This document shows, piece after piece, positions 20,766 through 31,400 of a stretch of 64,000 nt of DNA (positions are counted from its first letter, which is position 1; each line of letters opens with the position of its first letter). Under the pieces are notes generated by a model that did not search any database, had not been told where the DNA came from, and saw only the letters and a list, made by a program, of their open reading frames with translations. The stretch is from positions 3,296,001 to 3,360,000 of the forward strand of contig CAXXTU010000002.1 of assembly GCA_963662655.2 (NCBI GenBank), given 5' to 3'. The stretch comes from Candidatus Cloacimonadales bacterium (lineage in GTDB: Bacteria > Cloacimonadota > Cloacimonadia > Cloacimonadales > JAIOQZ01). The position numbers and the translations under genes are program-made.

Positions 20766-21534
20766 CGTTATCGGTTGGGTGGGCGGCAAGAGGTTACTAC
20801 GCAAGGCGATCTTGCCACTCATCCCGAAACACGACACGTACTGCGAGCCCTTTGCCGGCGCGGCGTGGATCCTCTTCGCCAAGTCGCGCGACCACAAGGA
20901 ATGGCAGGCGACAAAGGGCCAGAAGTACCGTGAAATCCTCAACGATATCAACGGCGAGTTGGTAAACTTCTGGCGGCACGTGAAGCACCACCCCGCCGCG
21001 CTGAAGGCGGAGTTGGACAGGCTCGTGGCGTCGCGGGAGCTGTTCCACGAGTTTCTCGACAGCGCGTCCCGCACCGACCTCGAACGCGCGGTGCGCTTCT
21101 ACTACGTGCTCGCCTGTTCTTATGGTAGCCTGAGCAGCACCTTCGCCGTGCGCGGTCACCTGACCATGCTGCCGATTCGGCGCGTGGGCAAGCTCGAAGC
21201 GGCCAGCGAACGCCTGCGCGATGTCATCATCGAGCGGCTCGACTACGAGGCCGTTATCCGCAAGTACGACCGTCCGGCGACGTTCTTCTACATCGATCCG
21301 CCGTACTACGAGCGTGAGATGCTCTACGAGCGCGACAAGGTGGCGGCGTTCGACCAGCACGAGGAGCTGGCGCGGCTGCTTCGCGAGGTGCGGGGCAAGT
21401 GGCTCCTGAGTTACAACGACCACCCCGTCATCCGCGAGCTATACAAGGACTTCACGATTGATGTCGTGAACACCCGTTACTCCGTCTCCGGAACCAACCG
21501 CGAAAGCTCTGAAATCCTCATCCGCAACTACTGA
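20758..21534 (+). CDS. DNA adenine methyltransferase (D12/Dam family) 2
   Basis: WVGGK, YCEPFAGAA, LNDING, YIDPPY, WLLSYND. Confidence 0.92.
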   Translation: MNSVIGWVGGKRLLRKAILPLIPKHDTYCEPFAGAAWILFAKSRDHKEWQATKGQKYREILNDINGELVNFWRHVKHHPAALKAELDRLVASRELFHEFLDSASRTDLERAVRFYYVLACSYGSLSSTFAVRGHLTMLPIRRVGKLEAASERLRDVIIERLDYEAVIRKYDRPATFFYIDPPYYEREMLYERDKVAAFDQHEELARLLREVRGKWLLSYNDHPVIRELYKDFTIDVVNTRYSVSGTNRESSEILIRNY

Positions 21535-22118
21535 CGTGATATGATGAGAGCATCACCAAATTCAAGAGGAAGATCAGCTCCACTTGCTGGATACGGGCTA
21601 TTCAGCAGGTTGGCAATCGAGCTCCCAAGAACCCAAGTCGCTACATTGATTCCGGTTCTTGTTTCATGTAGAAGAAAATCTCTATTACATGTAATTGGAA
21701 CTACATGCGTCCAGACATTTCTGCCATCACATCTCTGGTGCAGAGCGGTACTTAGTATCGTTTCACTGCTTCGAAGAGCATCTTCGGCTTCTTGCATACT
21801 TGCTACAAGGTCAATTCTCTTAACGGCAATAAGATTCCTGTCTCTGTTAATCCACTCATTGATAAAGGCGGCAATCATTAGATGATTAACATCCAAAGGA
21901 GGTACCACACAATAGGAGTTGTGCCAGAACCCCTGCTCAGCACACTCAAAACGATCATAGGAAATCTTGTTGTTTCGTTTGTACTCAATGAAGTCGCTTA
22001 TCGTCTGCTCAGGAGTTTGATCATAAAAATACTCCATAGCAAAGCTAATTGGCAGTATTATACAGGAATCAAGTTTTTGCCTAAGTCCCCTTGGATTGAT
22101 CAATTCTGTCTGGATCAT
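21528..22118 (-). CDS. AT-rich moron, hypothetical protein
   Basis: AAGGAGG RBS before ATG 22118; own TTGACA...TATAAG promoter at ~22145-22172 (minus). Confidence 0.7.
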   Translation of the reverse strand: MIQTELINPRGLRQKLDSCIILPISFAMEYFYDQTPEQTISDFIEYKRNNKISYDRFECAEQGFWHNSYCVVPPLDVNHLMIAAFINEWINRDRNLIAVKRIDLVASMQEAEDALRSSETILSTALHQRCDGRNVWTHVVPITCNRDFLLHETRTGINVATWVLGSSIANLLNSPYPASGADLPLEFGDALIISRQ

Positions 22119-22175
22119 GGATTCCTCCTTTGTGGTTTCAGATACTTTCCTTATATATGTTTCGGTGTCAAGTAA

Positions 22176-22355
22176 ATGGCCACGCTTAAGTTCCGCATCA
22201 TCATCGAGAAAGGCGACGCGAAGGCGGCTGTCACCGACGTCGAAGCGCAGGTCGACGACCTGAAGCAAAAGGCGGAGGAGCCGAAGTCGATGAAACAACA
22301 CCAAGCCCAGTATGACTATCTCCTCGGTTTTCGACAAAATGAGACGCATGTATAA
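22176..22355 (+). pseudogene. Truncated tape measure protein N-terminus (not in ORF track)
   Basis: MATLKFRIIIEKGDAKAAVTDVEAQVDDLKQKAEEPKS in phage codon usage, then an abrupt switch to foreign sequence at ~22295; expected position after the chaperone. Confidence 0.6.
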
Positions 22356-25300
22356 CATTGAATCTTGAAGTTTTTCTATGATGTTTTTTTCGGAACTCGG
22401 AAATTTTCTCTTCTCGTTTATCTATCTTCCGATTCCGTTCTGAAAGGGATTGGGTAAGTTCATTTTGCTGTCTGCGCAATATAGAACCATTCACAGAAGT
22501 AACAAAATAGTACCCCATTTCATCCGCTGGAGAAGGATCTTGCCAGTAGTTATCTGTCACCTGTTCACGGAAGGTGAATTCGTCTTCCGGGTGTTCAGCA
22601 CTGAATACTTTGTAGCTGGATATGTTTTCAATGGGAACCCAGCTCAAGCTTCCTGGCCCCGATATACTCACAACTGGCGCTGAAACTGAATCGAATGGGA
22701 TCGCGAATGCCGTGAGTTCGCAGTCTGACTGGATATCTTCGATCTTGTAGGCATATCCGCTGTATGTATCGATCCAGAAAAGAGTACCCGCGTATTCCAC
22801 ACCATTCCATGCGTAGCCACTAAGATACATGTATCCGTTTTCTGTGTCGAATGCCAGATCCTGGGCGTAATTGAGATAATACCCCAATTCTCCCACAGGT
22901 ATGGCTTCGCCTGTTGCAGTATCGATTGAAAAGAGCGCGCTGTAGGTCAGATCGACGCCATAAAGGACATCAGACCATGAATCAAATGCAATACCGATCA
23001 TGACAAGGTTTTCATCCTGAAATGAGCCTATCAACGTCAATGCTCCAGTTAATGGATCGACCTGATACAATTCGGTACTTGTTGCCCCATAAAGAATCTC
23101 ATGATTCACATCCCAGGCTATACCGTTGAGATACGTTGATGAAACGCCCAACGAAGTCATCGTCTCGAGGTCTGGGACAATCTCCCAGAGCGTATTGGTT
23201 GAATATTCAGAAGCGAGCCACTTACCATCGACCCAATCACCGCCCGGTAGAAAATTGGTGTTCAATGGGGTAAAAGGGAGAACGCTCAGTGTCTGGGGAT
23301 CCTGCAACGAGAAAGAACAGAGACCGCTTAGAATACCATTCGGATCGTAAGCGATATCCGCGTATGCAGTTACATCGAGCGGCAGGCAGACCGAATAGCT
23401 GTCCAGGAAATCGTTGGCTTCCACCTGGTCGCTATCCATATATACTTCCAGCGTCCAGTCGTAGATGAAGTTCTCTTCCATGGGAATGGCCGAAAACTCG
23501 AGCTCTTGCGTCTGCTGCGGTGGTAGATCCGCGACCATCTGCGAATCCCACAATTCTTCATCAATGTAAAAGTTGACCTCGAATGATTCGGTATGATCAC
23601 CGTTGTTTATAACGGTTGCGCGGGGGATGAGATCGCCTCCTGGAACAGCTTCCTGGATGTCGATCGAGTATGCTTCGACATCGTACTCCATCTGGCAGAA
23701 TTCAACATCATCCACGAACCAGTAATCGAAAGAATAGTGGTTACCGTCCAGCGTCCATGCAATGTAGGTGTATTCGGCGTTGTCCTGAACAGGAATCTGG
23801 ACGATATCAGTGTTGACGTAATCGCCCCATCCCCCTTCCCAATACCAAGAGGTATCGTACCATGTGGCAAGATCGTGACTGTACTGGATTTTCGCTGTGA
23901 CGCCGGTATCGTAGTCCCAATAATCGCTACTGAAGACTACGGCGAAACGATCCATGTCTCCGGTAAAAAGCGCAGGTGAAATCAGACGGGAGATGCCGGT
24001 TCCTTCCATGTATTCAGCCATCATTTCGTTGGCTTCATCACCGGCAAAGTTTGTTTCAGAAATACTCCAGCGATTGGAGGTTATCCCGCCCTGATTAGTT
24101 TGTGTCCAGCCCTCGGGGATCGATGCGGTGTCGAATGATTCGGTAACAGGGAAGCTGCCGTTGCGGCGATCGATGGTGAAGTCGTCGAAAAACATATTAT
24201 TACCTTGCTGATAGTATGACGCAATACAGCGCAGAAAAATATACTGAGTGCCGGCATTCTCCACTTCGAAATCGAAGGCGTACCGATGCCATCCTTCAGT
24301 CTCCTCCTGAGGTTCTCTTTGCGTAGCACGATAAACTCTACCAATGTCGGTAACATACTCATATTCCTGGGTGGTGTTTCGATCAATATAGAGAACATCA
24401 TCTGCATCGGGATACCCGGCATCGCGATACACCCAAACGCTTGCAGTATAAATGTATCCGGGCTGCATCATAATCTGCGGCGTGGTCAGGTATGCATTGT
24501 AATAGTTATTGTAAGAATCCATCCCCACCATGTGGGTGCCTTCATAGGGTGTGACATATGGATTAGCGCCAGTGGCGTATTGTTCGAGATACCTTTCAAA
24601 CCATGTCAAGTATCCCCAATCCCATCCCTCGGGTGGGAAGGGTTGGCCGTTGAAACCGTTCGAATATGGAAACGTGTCGATCACGGGTGCATTTTCTGTT
24701 GTGAAAGACCATATCGGACATGAGTCAGCGTCACCGGCTTCGTTGTACGGAGTGATTTTCCAGTAATAGGCTTGAGCGTAATCCCAGGGTGAATCGGGGG
24801 CATAGGTCGTCACATCTCCAAGGTTCTCCATGTTGCAGATGTTGGTGGGCGGGTTGTCAGTCCCGATTGAAATCCGGTAGCCGTCGATGATCCCGTCTCC
24901 ATGTGTCCAGTCGAGCGATTGATAGACGGAGATGTCGTTCGAGCCGTCGGTTGGCGAATCGATTGTTGCCGGTTGCGGAGGCGTCAATGTAGAGAATGAC
25001 CAGACGGGGCATCCTTCGGCGTTTCCGGCGAGATTGTAAGGGGTGATCTGCCAGTAATAGGTTTGGGAGTAATCTAGTTCATCTGTCAATTGATATGATA
25101 ACTGGTCACCTATATCACACATCAAGAGAATGTTCGTTGGTGGATTATCGGTGCCTAAAGAAAAATTGTACCCATCGATTTCCCCTTCTGCGGCTTCCCA
25201 GCTGAGTTGCTGTGATAAAAGAATGTCAGTAGCGGAATTCTCAGGATATAGGACTGTAGCGCATCCTGGAGGATCGAATCCAGGACCGTAAGTGAATCTC

Positions 25301-25866
25301 ATGTTGGGAAGTCTCGTGCTCCAGTTTCTGTATGATGTGGGGAAAGCTCCATTCGCGTAACCATAAGATGTGCGATAGGTTGAATAAAATGTATAGTAGA
25401 AATATGGTGAAGTGGATGAGGCGGAGCCATCGTGATTCTCATATACGATGTCTATACCACCAACGCCAGAGTAGTGGAAGGGAGTATCGAGCGTGATTGT
25501 CAACCAGCCGGATTGATTGATGATTACCGTGCCTGAAAAACAAAGATAATATCCGTTGTTTGCTGGATCCGGATAATAGCGATCGGGTATTGCAGATTCA
25601 ACGCATGATTTCATGTAGATCATCTGCGAGTTTGCTACAATTTCACTGGAATCATACCATAGGTTTAGGGCAATTTGTTCTATATAGCAATCTCCCATAG
25701 AACCGATTTCGCTTTCCGTATATAGCATTCTGCACCAGCTGTAATCATAGCTTGTCGTTATTGGTATTCCACCTGTTGCAGATGTACCATTTCCTACGGT
25801 CAATTCATCGGCAAGAAGTGGCATTAGCATGATTAAGAAAAGAAAAACGATAAAGTTATTTTTCAT
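22231..25866 (-). CDS. Large secreted multidomain adhesin-like protein (Ig-like repeats, cleaved-adhesin/MAM-like, CARDB, beta-propeller)
   Basis: Signal peptide; two YYWxITPYNxAG...CPxWSFxT repeats; FFDDF/FVDDV carbohydrate-module ends; last ~20 codons lie antisense to the tape-measure stub. Confidence 0.8.
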   Translation of the reverse strand: MKNNFIVFLFLIMLMPLLADELTVGNGTSATGGIPITTSYDYSWCRMLYTESEIGSMGDCYIEQIALNLWYDSSEIVANSQMIYMKSCVESAIPDRYYPDPANNGYYLCFSGTVIINQSGWLTITLDTPFHYSGVGGIDIVYENHDGSASSTSPYFYYTFYSTYRTSYGYANGAFPTSYRNWSTRLPNMRFTYGPGFDPPGCATVLYPENSATDILLSQQLSWEAAEGEIDGYNFSLGTDNPPTNILLMCDIGDQLSYQLTDELDYSQTYYWQITPYNLAGNAEGCPVWSFSTLTPPQPATIDSPTDGSNDISVYQSLDWTHGDGIIDGYRISIGTDNPPTNICNMENLGDVTTYAPDSPWDYAQAYYWKITPYNEAGDADSCPIWSFTTENAPVIDTFPYSNGFNGQPFPPEGWDWGYLTWFERYLEQYATGANPYVTPYEGTHMVGMDSYNNYYNAYLTTPQIMMQPGYIYTASVWVYRDAGYPDADDVLYIDRNTTQEYEYVTDIGRVYRATQREPQEETEGWHRYAFDFEVENAGTQYIFLRCIASYYQQGNNMFFDDFTIDRRNGSFPVTESFDTASIPEGWTQTNQGGITSNRWSISETNFAGDEANEMMAEYMEGTGISRLISPALFTGDMDRFAVVFSSDYWDYDTGVTAKIQYSHDLATWYDTSWYWEGGWGDYVNTDIVQIPVQDNAEYTYIAWTLDGNHYSFDYWFVDDVEFCQMEYDVEAYSIDIQEAVPGGDLIPRATVINNGDHTESFEVNFYIDEELWDSQMVADLPPQQTQELEFSAIPMEENFIYDWTLEVYMDSDQVEANDFLDSYSVCLPLDVTAYADIAYDPNGILSGLCSFSLQDPQTLSVLPFTPLNTNFLPGGDWVDGKWLASEYSTNTLWEIVPDLETMTSLGVSSTYLNGIAWDVNHEILYGATSTELYQVDPLTGALTLIGSFQDENLVMIGIAFDSWSDVLYGVDLTYSALFSIDTATGEAIPVGELGYYLNYAQDLAFDTENGYMYLSGYAWNGVEYAGTLFWIDTYSGYAYKIEDIQSDCELTAFAIPFDSVSAPVVSISGPGSLSWVPIENISSYKVFSAEHPEDEFTFREQVTDNYWQDPSPADEMGYYFVTSVNGSILRRQQNELTQSLSERNRKIDKREEKISEFRKKHHRKTSRFNVIHASHFVENRGDSHTGLGVVSSTSAPPPFASGRRPALRRR

Positions 25867-25926
25867 AAATCAACTCCTTTTTTGCAACAATGTACGATAC
25901 GTGCTGAGTGGATGTCAAGCATATTG

Positions 25927-26130
25927 AACCGCAAGAAGAAGCCGACGGTCTCGACCGACCGCGATATCGCCTTCGTGAAGCCGATCTATTCCACCGTCGA
26001 TGAGAAAGAAGATCTCGGAATTCACGACGAGAATCTGGTGCTTACAGGCGCGGATTTCCCGCTGGACGCGAAGCCCGGACAGGTGTTCATCAGAAACGGA
26101 AAAACCTACATATACAAGGAGAACGAATGA
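25927..26130 (+). pseudogene. 3' remnant of a phage gene
   Basis: Phage-like codons resume at ~25927; the annotated TTG start lies in the AT-rich promoter of the adhesin gene. Confidence 0.45.
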
Positions 26131-26393
26131 CGCAAACTGAACTCTTCCAGACCACGAAACTGGAGCTGACGCACGAGTATGAGCGGCTCCAAAGACTCAT
26201 CCAGGAATCGCGCGAGAAGCTACTCAAGACCGAGGGCGCGTTGCTGCTGCTCGGTCGGCTCGAACGTGAAGCGAGGTCGTCGCATACGGCGGGAAGCTGT
26301 ATGTCTGGAGTGGTGATAAGTAGAATCGAAGGAAATCAACCGGCCTGCTCGTCTTGGGGCAGGCTTTTTTTCTGCTCAAAAACACCCATATAG
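26127..26393 (+). CDS. Small coiled-coil phage protein (C-terminus probably read-through)
   Basis: AAGGAG RBS, ATGA overlap; ORF runs through a terminator hairpin. Confidence 0.55.
   Translation: MTQTELFQTTKLELTHEYERLQRLIQESREKLLKTEGALLLLGRLEREARSSHTAGSCMSGVVISRIEGNQPACSSWGRLFFCSKTPI
26343..26371 (+). terminator. Intrinsic terminator
   Basis: GCCTGCTC-GTCTTG-GGGCAGGC-T7. Confidence 0.75.
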
Positions 26394-26451
26394 TGTCATT
26401 GGTTTGGCAGAATTTGCCAAACCCGTGTCACTTTTCTGCCAAACCCGTGGC

Positions 26452-27784
26452 TGTCCCGTCCTGAAATAGGTTGACCGTTGGGTCGAAGGAGGCTCAGGTA
26501 TGGGAGAAAATGTGAAACGACGGGCGAAGCGTTGCGAAGTGAAGGCGCGGGTGCTGCATCACGTGCTGACGAGCGACTACTGCGTGGCGGAGCTCGCGGA
26601 GCAGTACGACATATCCGTTCGCACGCTGTATCGCTGGATCAAAGAGGACGCCGTGAAGCCGGCGCGACGCAAGGGAGCTCAAAAGCGAGGTCGCATGGCG
26701 AAAGAAGATTACAAGGACAAGACAATCGCGGAGCTGGAGAAGAAGGTGCAGGATTTGCAGGCTGCGTTGAGCGAGAAAGTGCTGGAGAACTGCGCGTTGC
26801 AGGCGATCGTGAACGTGACCGAGCGCAAGTACGGCAACAGCGCAAAAAAAAAGACTGGTTCGCTGTTGTCACCGAATGTCGAGCTGTCGCGAAAGAAAGA
26901 GAAGTAGCCGCGAACATGCAGGTGATTTGCGGCTTGTTCGGTCGCAGCAAGCAGAGCTACTACCAGCACAGGAAGCGGCTCCATCGGCTCCAGGCGGAGG
27001 TGGAGGAGATCGTATCCGCCGTGCGCGAGATTCGCGTGAAACAGCCACGCGTCGGGGCGCGGAAGCTGCAATACATGCTGAAGGCGCGCGGGCTCGAGGT
27101 TGGTCGCGACCGGCTGTTCGGCATCCTGCGCGACTACGGGCTGCTGTCGACGGCGTACCGCTCATACCTCCGCACGAGCCTGGGCAGCCGCAGTCGACAC
27201 CCGAACCTGGTGAAGGACATCATCGCTCGCCGCGTCGGCCAGATCATCGCGAGCGACATCACCTACATCCGCTTGCAACGCGGATTCGCCTACCTTTCGC
27301 TGACCTCGGATCAGTACTCGGACGCGATCCTGGGATATTCGCTGCAGCCCGACCTGCGCACGCATGGTCCCGCGCTCTCTCTGAAACGGGCGATGAGGTC
27401 GTTGCGCAATGCCGGAGCCGTGGATATCAAAGGCTGCATCCACCACTCCGATCATGGTACGCAATTCACCAGCGCCTGCTTCCAGAACGCGCTGCGACGC
27501 TACTGCTATCGCACCAGCATGACCGGTCCGGGCAAGTGCTACGACAACGCCAAGGCGGAGCGCATCAACGGGATTCTGAAGCACGAGTTGGGGCTGGAAC
27601 GGAGATTCAGGGACTTCGACGACGCGCTGAAGTACGTAGAGGAAGCAGTTCGGATCTACAACGAAGAACGGCTCATCATCACGCAGGGCTACCGCACACC
27701 GAACGAGATATTGAACGCAGCGTAGGAAGCAATCGAAATGAAATCAAACACGAAAAAGCTGGTCAACTATTTTAGGACGGGACA
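26452..27784 (+). mobile_element. IS3-family insertion sequence (1333 bp)
   Basis: IRL TGTCCCGTCCTGAAATAGGTTGACC and IRR GGTCAACTATTTTAGGACGGGACA; orfA/orfB with DDE integrase core. Confidence 0.92.
26500..27725 (+). CDS. IS3 transposase OrfA (26500-26907) / OrfAB via -1 frameshift
   Basis: HTH in OrfA; A9G at 26844-26853; SDITYI, HHSDHGTQF, YDNAKAERINGILKHE, YNEER. Confidence 0.9.
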
Positions 27785-27821
27785 CAGTAAATCCCCATAA
27801 AAATTTGCTGGAAGAATTATC

Positions 27822-27849
27822 TTGACATCATTGATTGAGTGTATACTCA
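27822..27849 (+). promoter_or_regulatory. Promoter region and probable TetR operator
   Basis: TTGACA at 27822; near-palindrome TGAGTGTATACTCA at 27836-27849 upstream of the TetR gene. Confidence 0.55.
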
Positions 27850-27875
27850 TTGACTACGTGATCAGTGAGGTGCGC

Positions 27876-28478
27876 ATGGCGACGAAAAGAAAACAGCAGA
27901 AGGCCTTTACCAGAAGAATAATCTTCGAGACGGCCAAAGAGATGTTCCTCCAGCGGGGATTCATCTCCGTATCGACGGCTGAAATCGCCAGAGAGGCGGG
28001 GGTGGCGCATGGAACGTTGTTCGTGCATTTCCCGACGCGTGAAGATCTGGTCCTCGATGTTGTTGATTCAGAGATGGAGCAGGCTCAAAGACGGATCGAC
28101 GGGATGATGGAAGAGTCGGCGGATTTTATCAAGCTCGCGGGGAAATATCTCGAATTCGTCTCGGAGCATGAGGCTTTCTATGCGCAGCTCGCGAAGGAAC
28201 TGCCGTTCTTCTCGCCGGAGATGCGCGACAAGATCATCTTCCGCCAGGCGATTGTTCAAATGCAGTTCCTCGATATCATGAAAAGTGATTTCCCCTGCGA
28301 CCGCAAAAACGGAACGAGATTCGAGGATGTTGTCCGGCACTTTTTCGGGATGCTGCACTACTACCTGTGCATGAAAGACGCATACAATCAGGAGGGCAGC
28401 ACGGTCGCGAGATTCAAGGATTCGCTGTTAAATACAATTCAAACGCTACTGGGAACTTGCAAGAGAGATCAACCATGA
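27876..28478 (+). CDS. TetR/AcrR family transcriptional regulator
   Basis: GFxxVSTAEIAREAGVAHGTLFVHFPTREDL. Confidence 0.92.
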   Translation: MATKRKQQKAFTRRIIFETAKEMFLQRGFISVSTAEIAREAGVAHGTLFVHFPTREDLVLDVVDSEMEQAQRRIDGMMEESADFIKLAGKYLEFVSEHEAFYAQLAKELPFFSPEMRDKIIFRQAIVQMQFLDIMKSDFPCDRKNGTRFEDVVRHFFGMLHYYLCMKDAYNQEGSTVARFKDSLLNTIQTLLGTCKRDQP

Positions 28479-31400
28479 AACGATGTAAGAGCTGCGGAAA
28501 GATTCTGAAGGAAAACCAGGGCAGGAAATACTGCGACGACTGCTCGGATGAATCGGGATACAGGCGACGCTACGGTGAAATCGTGGAGCGCATGGCCGAA
28601 CGGATGTCGGAGGAGCTCGGGTATTCCAGGGTTTTCGCGATGAATCTGACCGGAAACAACATGAAGCAGATGCCGGCTTGGGCAAGGAAAGGAGAAAGCA
28701 TGAAGAAGAGAATGATTATCACCGATATTGGCAGCACCACAACCAAGGCGATTCTTCTGGTGCGCGAGAACGACGGCTACAAGATGTATGGCCCGGTCCA
28801 TGCGCCAACCACCGTGGAAAAGCCGCACGAGGATGTGATGCGCGGCGTTATGGACAGCCTGAAAATGCTGCATGAGAAGACCGGTCAGAACCTCCTGGAC
28901 GATTCCGGCAGCGAGATTGATCCCGAAAACATGTACCTCACGACCAGCAGCGCGGGAGGCGGCCTCCAGATTCTGGTGGTCGGGCTTACGGTGTTCGATT
29001 CCGCGAGCAGCGCGAAGAGGGCCTCTTACGGGGCCGGCGGCGTTCTGCTGGACGTGTTCGCCATCGATGACAAGCGCTCCGCGATCGAGCAGATGCTGGC
29101 GATGCATCGCTTGTTTCCGGATATCATCCTGTTCTCCGGTGGCATCGACGGTGGGGCGGTTTCGGGTCTGGTGCGGCTGGGTGAGCTGCTCTCCATGGCC
29201 GAGCCCAAGGCCAAGTTTGGCATCGAGGAGAAGGTTCCGCTCGTTTTCGCTGGGAACAAGAAGGCCGTAAACATTATGGAGGCGATCTTCAAGGATGGCT
29301 TCGACCTGAACATTGTGCCCAACCTGCGCCCGACGATGGAGACAGAGAACCTACAGCCTGCTTGTGACAAGATACACCAGCTCTTCATGGACCATGTGAT
29401 GGAACGGGCTCCGGGATACTCTGCGCTGAAGAAGATCGTCAGCGACGATATCATTCCCACGCCCACCGGCGTCATGAAGTCGATGCAAATCCTCAGCGAG
29501 AGCCTCAATACCAACGTAATGGCCGTTGATATCGGGGGGGCGACAACGGATGTCTTCTCCAATATTCTTGGTGGTTTCTACCGGACGGTGAGTGCGAACT
29601 ACGGCATGAGTTACAGCATCGCCAACGTCATGAAGGACGCCTCCAGCGAGATGATTCTCAAGTTGCTTCCCAAGGATATACCCAGGCGATATGTTACGAA
29701 CTACGTAGGGAATAAAATGCTGTTCCCGACAACCTATCCGGGCTGCAACGTGCAGTTCGCAATCGAGCTCGTCACCGCGGCTCAGGCAATCAGGATGTCG
29801 AAGCGACAGCACATGGAGATGCACTTCAACACGGAGCAGCTCGGTATATTGGACCGACTCAAGAAAACTGATTTCGACAAGTTCACCGAGATCGTGTACT
29901 TCGGGCAGAAGCAGGATGAACGCAGATTCCACGAGCGGGATATCGAGATATTGATCGGAGCCGGTGGTGTGATTGCCGCTGCCCCGACGGCTCTCCACGC
30001 CCTACTCATGATTGTGGACGGTTTATATCCCGAAGGCGTCACCGAAATCTGGCGCGACCGGCATTTCACAACCCCGCATCTGGGCAAGCTGAGCGATATC
30101 GACGAGGATCTCGCGAAGAGTATCCTGCTCAATGACTGCTATGAGAAGCTTGCAACGGTTATTACCCCGCTGGCGAAGAAGGTGAAGACCGGCAAGAAGG
30201 TCATGACGATCAGCATTACGGGCACGGACATCATGCCGAAAGTCGTGGTTGCGGCAGGGGAATTGCGCTACCTCGATAACCCGTCGCGAGAGAAGAGGAT
30301 ATACCGGGTTGAGCTCGACAAGAATATATATCTTCAGGATAACGAGCGCAACGCGACGATCGAATCGGAACTCCCGGTCCTGATCGACGCCAGATTTGGG
30401 GATGTGACCAAGTCTTCGGTCTCGGAGTTGTTACCTCTGGATGTGAAGAATTTGAAGCCGGTCGAAGATCATTTCCGGCATGACGATCCGGAGAACCGGA
30501 TCAGTGAAGTCGTGGAAAACCTGACGATCGAACTGCCGTACCCGGGCGATATCCTGGTCAAAGAGGGCGATCTGGTGCGCTCCGACACGCTGGTGGGAGA
30601 GATTCTCTACGATCCGCCCCGGATTTTCATCGTCTCGCTGTTCAATGTAGCGGAATTGGATCTGAGTGCGCAGAGCCTTGGTGAGTATATTCAGGTAAAG
30701 GAAGGGGACAAGGTGGAGATGGGCCAGAACCTCATCGACAAAGGCAAGATGTCGATTCTGGAAGAACTCAAAGGCGCGATGCGAACGTATCAATCACCGG
30801 TGAGAGGGGTTGTCGAGCGGATCAACCACGAGGACGGGACGATTATTATGCGTGAGATCCAGGACTATTCCAAGCATCCGACAAAGTACAATATCGCTGC
30901 AAGGCTTGGCATCAAGCCGAACCGGATCAAGGGTTACCTGAAGAAGCAAAAGGGCGACTATATCCACGCAGGTGAGACCATCGCCAAGCGCATCCTCGAT
31001 ACCAAGGAGGGGCGGACGCCGATGTTCGTCAATTCCTCGACAACCGGAACGATAACGGATGTCGATCTGGAAAAGGGTGTTGTTACGGTGCAGTACATCA
31101 AGGAGCCTTACAGGCGTTACGCGAATCTCCCCGGGAAGGTCATCGAAGTGAAAGAACATCATTCGGCGAGGATCCAGTATCGTGGAAGGCAGTTTGACGG
31201 CGTCATCGGTTTCGGCGGAGAAGCAGGTGCCGCATTGCACTGGATGAAGTCGGCGAGCGACTTCGTCTCGGGATTGGTGAATGTGTGGAGCGGCAAGCTC
31301 GAAATCAGCATGTTGCACGACGCAGATAAAAGAGGGATTGCCGGGTTGATCGCGCCGGGTATCGATTTCGACGATATCAACGGTTATCTGCAATCACCGA

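Larger units (their letters stand above)
1..26451 (+). mobile_element. Degraded tailed prophage, late-gene region (left part outside window), with inserted cargo
   Basis: Co-oriented GC-rich terminase, head morphogenesis, endolysin, portal, protease/capsid, tail, chaperone and methylase genes; tape measure truncated; ends at repeated motifs abutting an IS3. Confidence 0.9.

Noticed and set aside
2810..26000. Integron cassette array explaining the cargo genes
   Set aside because: No IntI and no recurring attC-like GTTRRRY/RYYYAAC sites at cargo boundaries; the genes have their own promoters
1..26451. Diversity-generating retroelement or invertase-switched tail locus
   Set aside because: No reverse transcriptase, TR/VR pair, recombinase or inversion-site repeats found in the window
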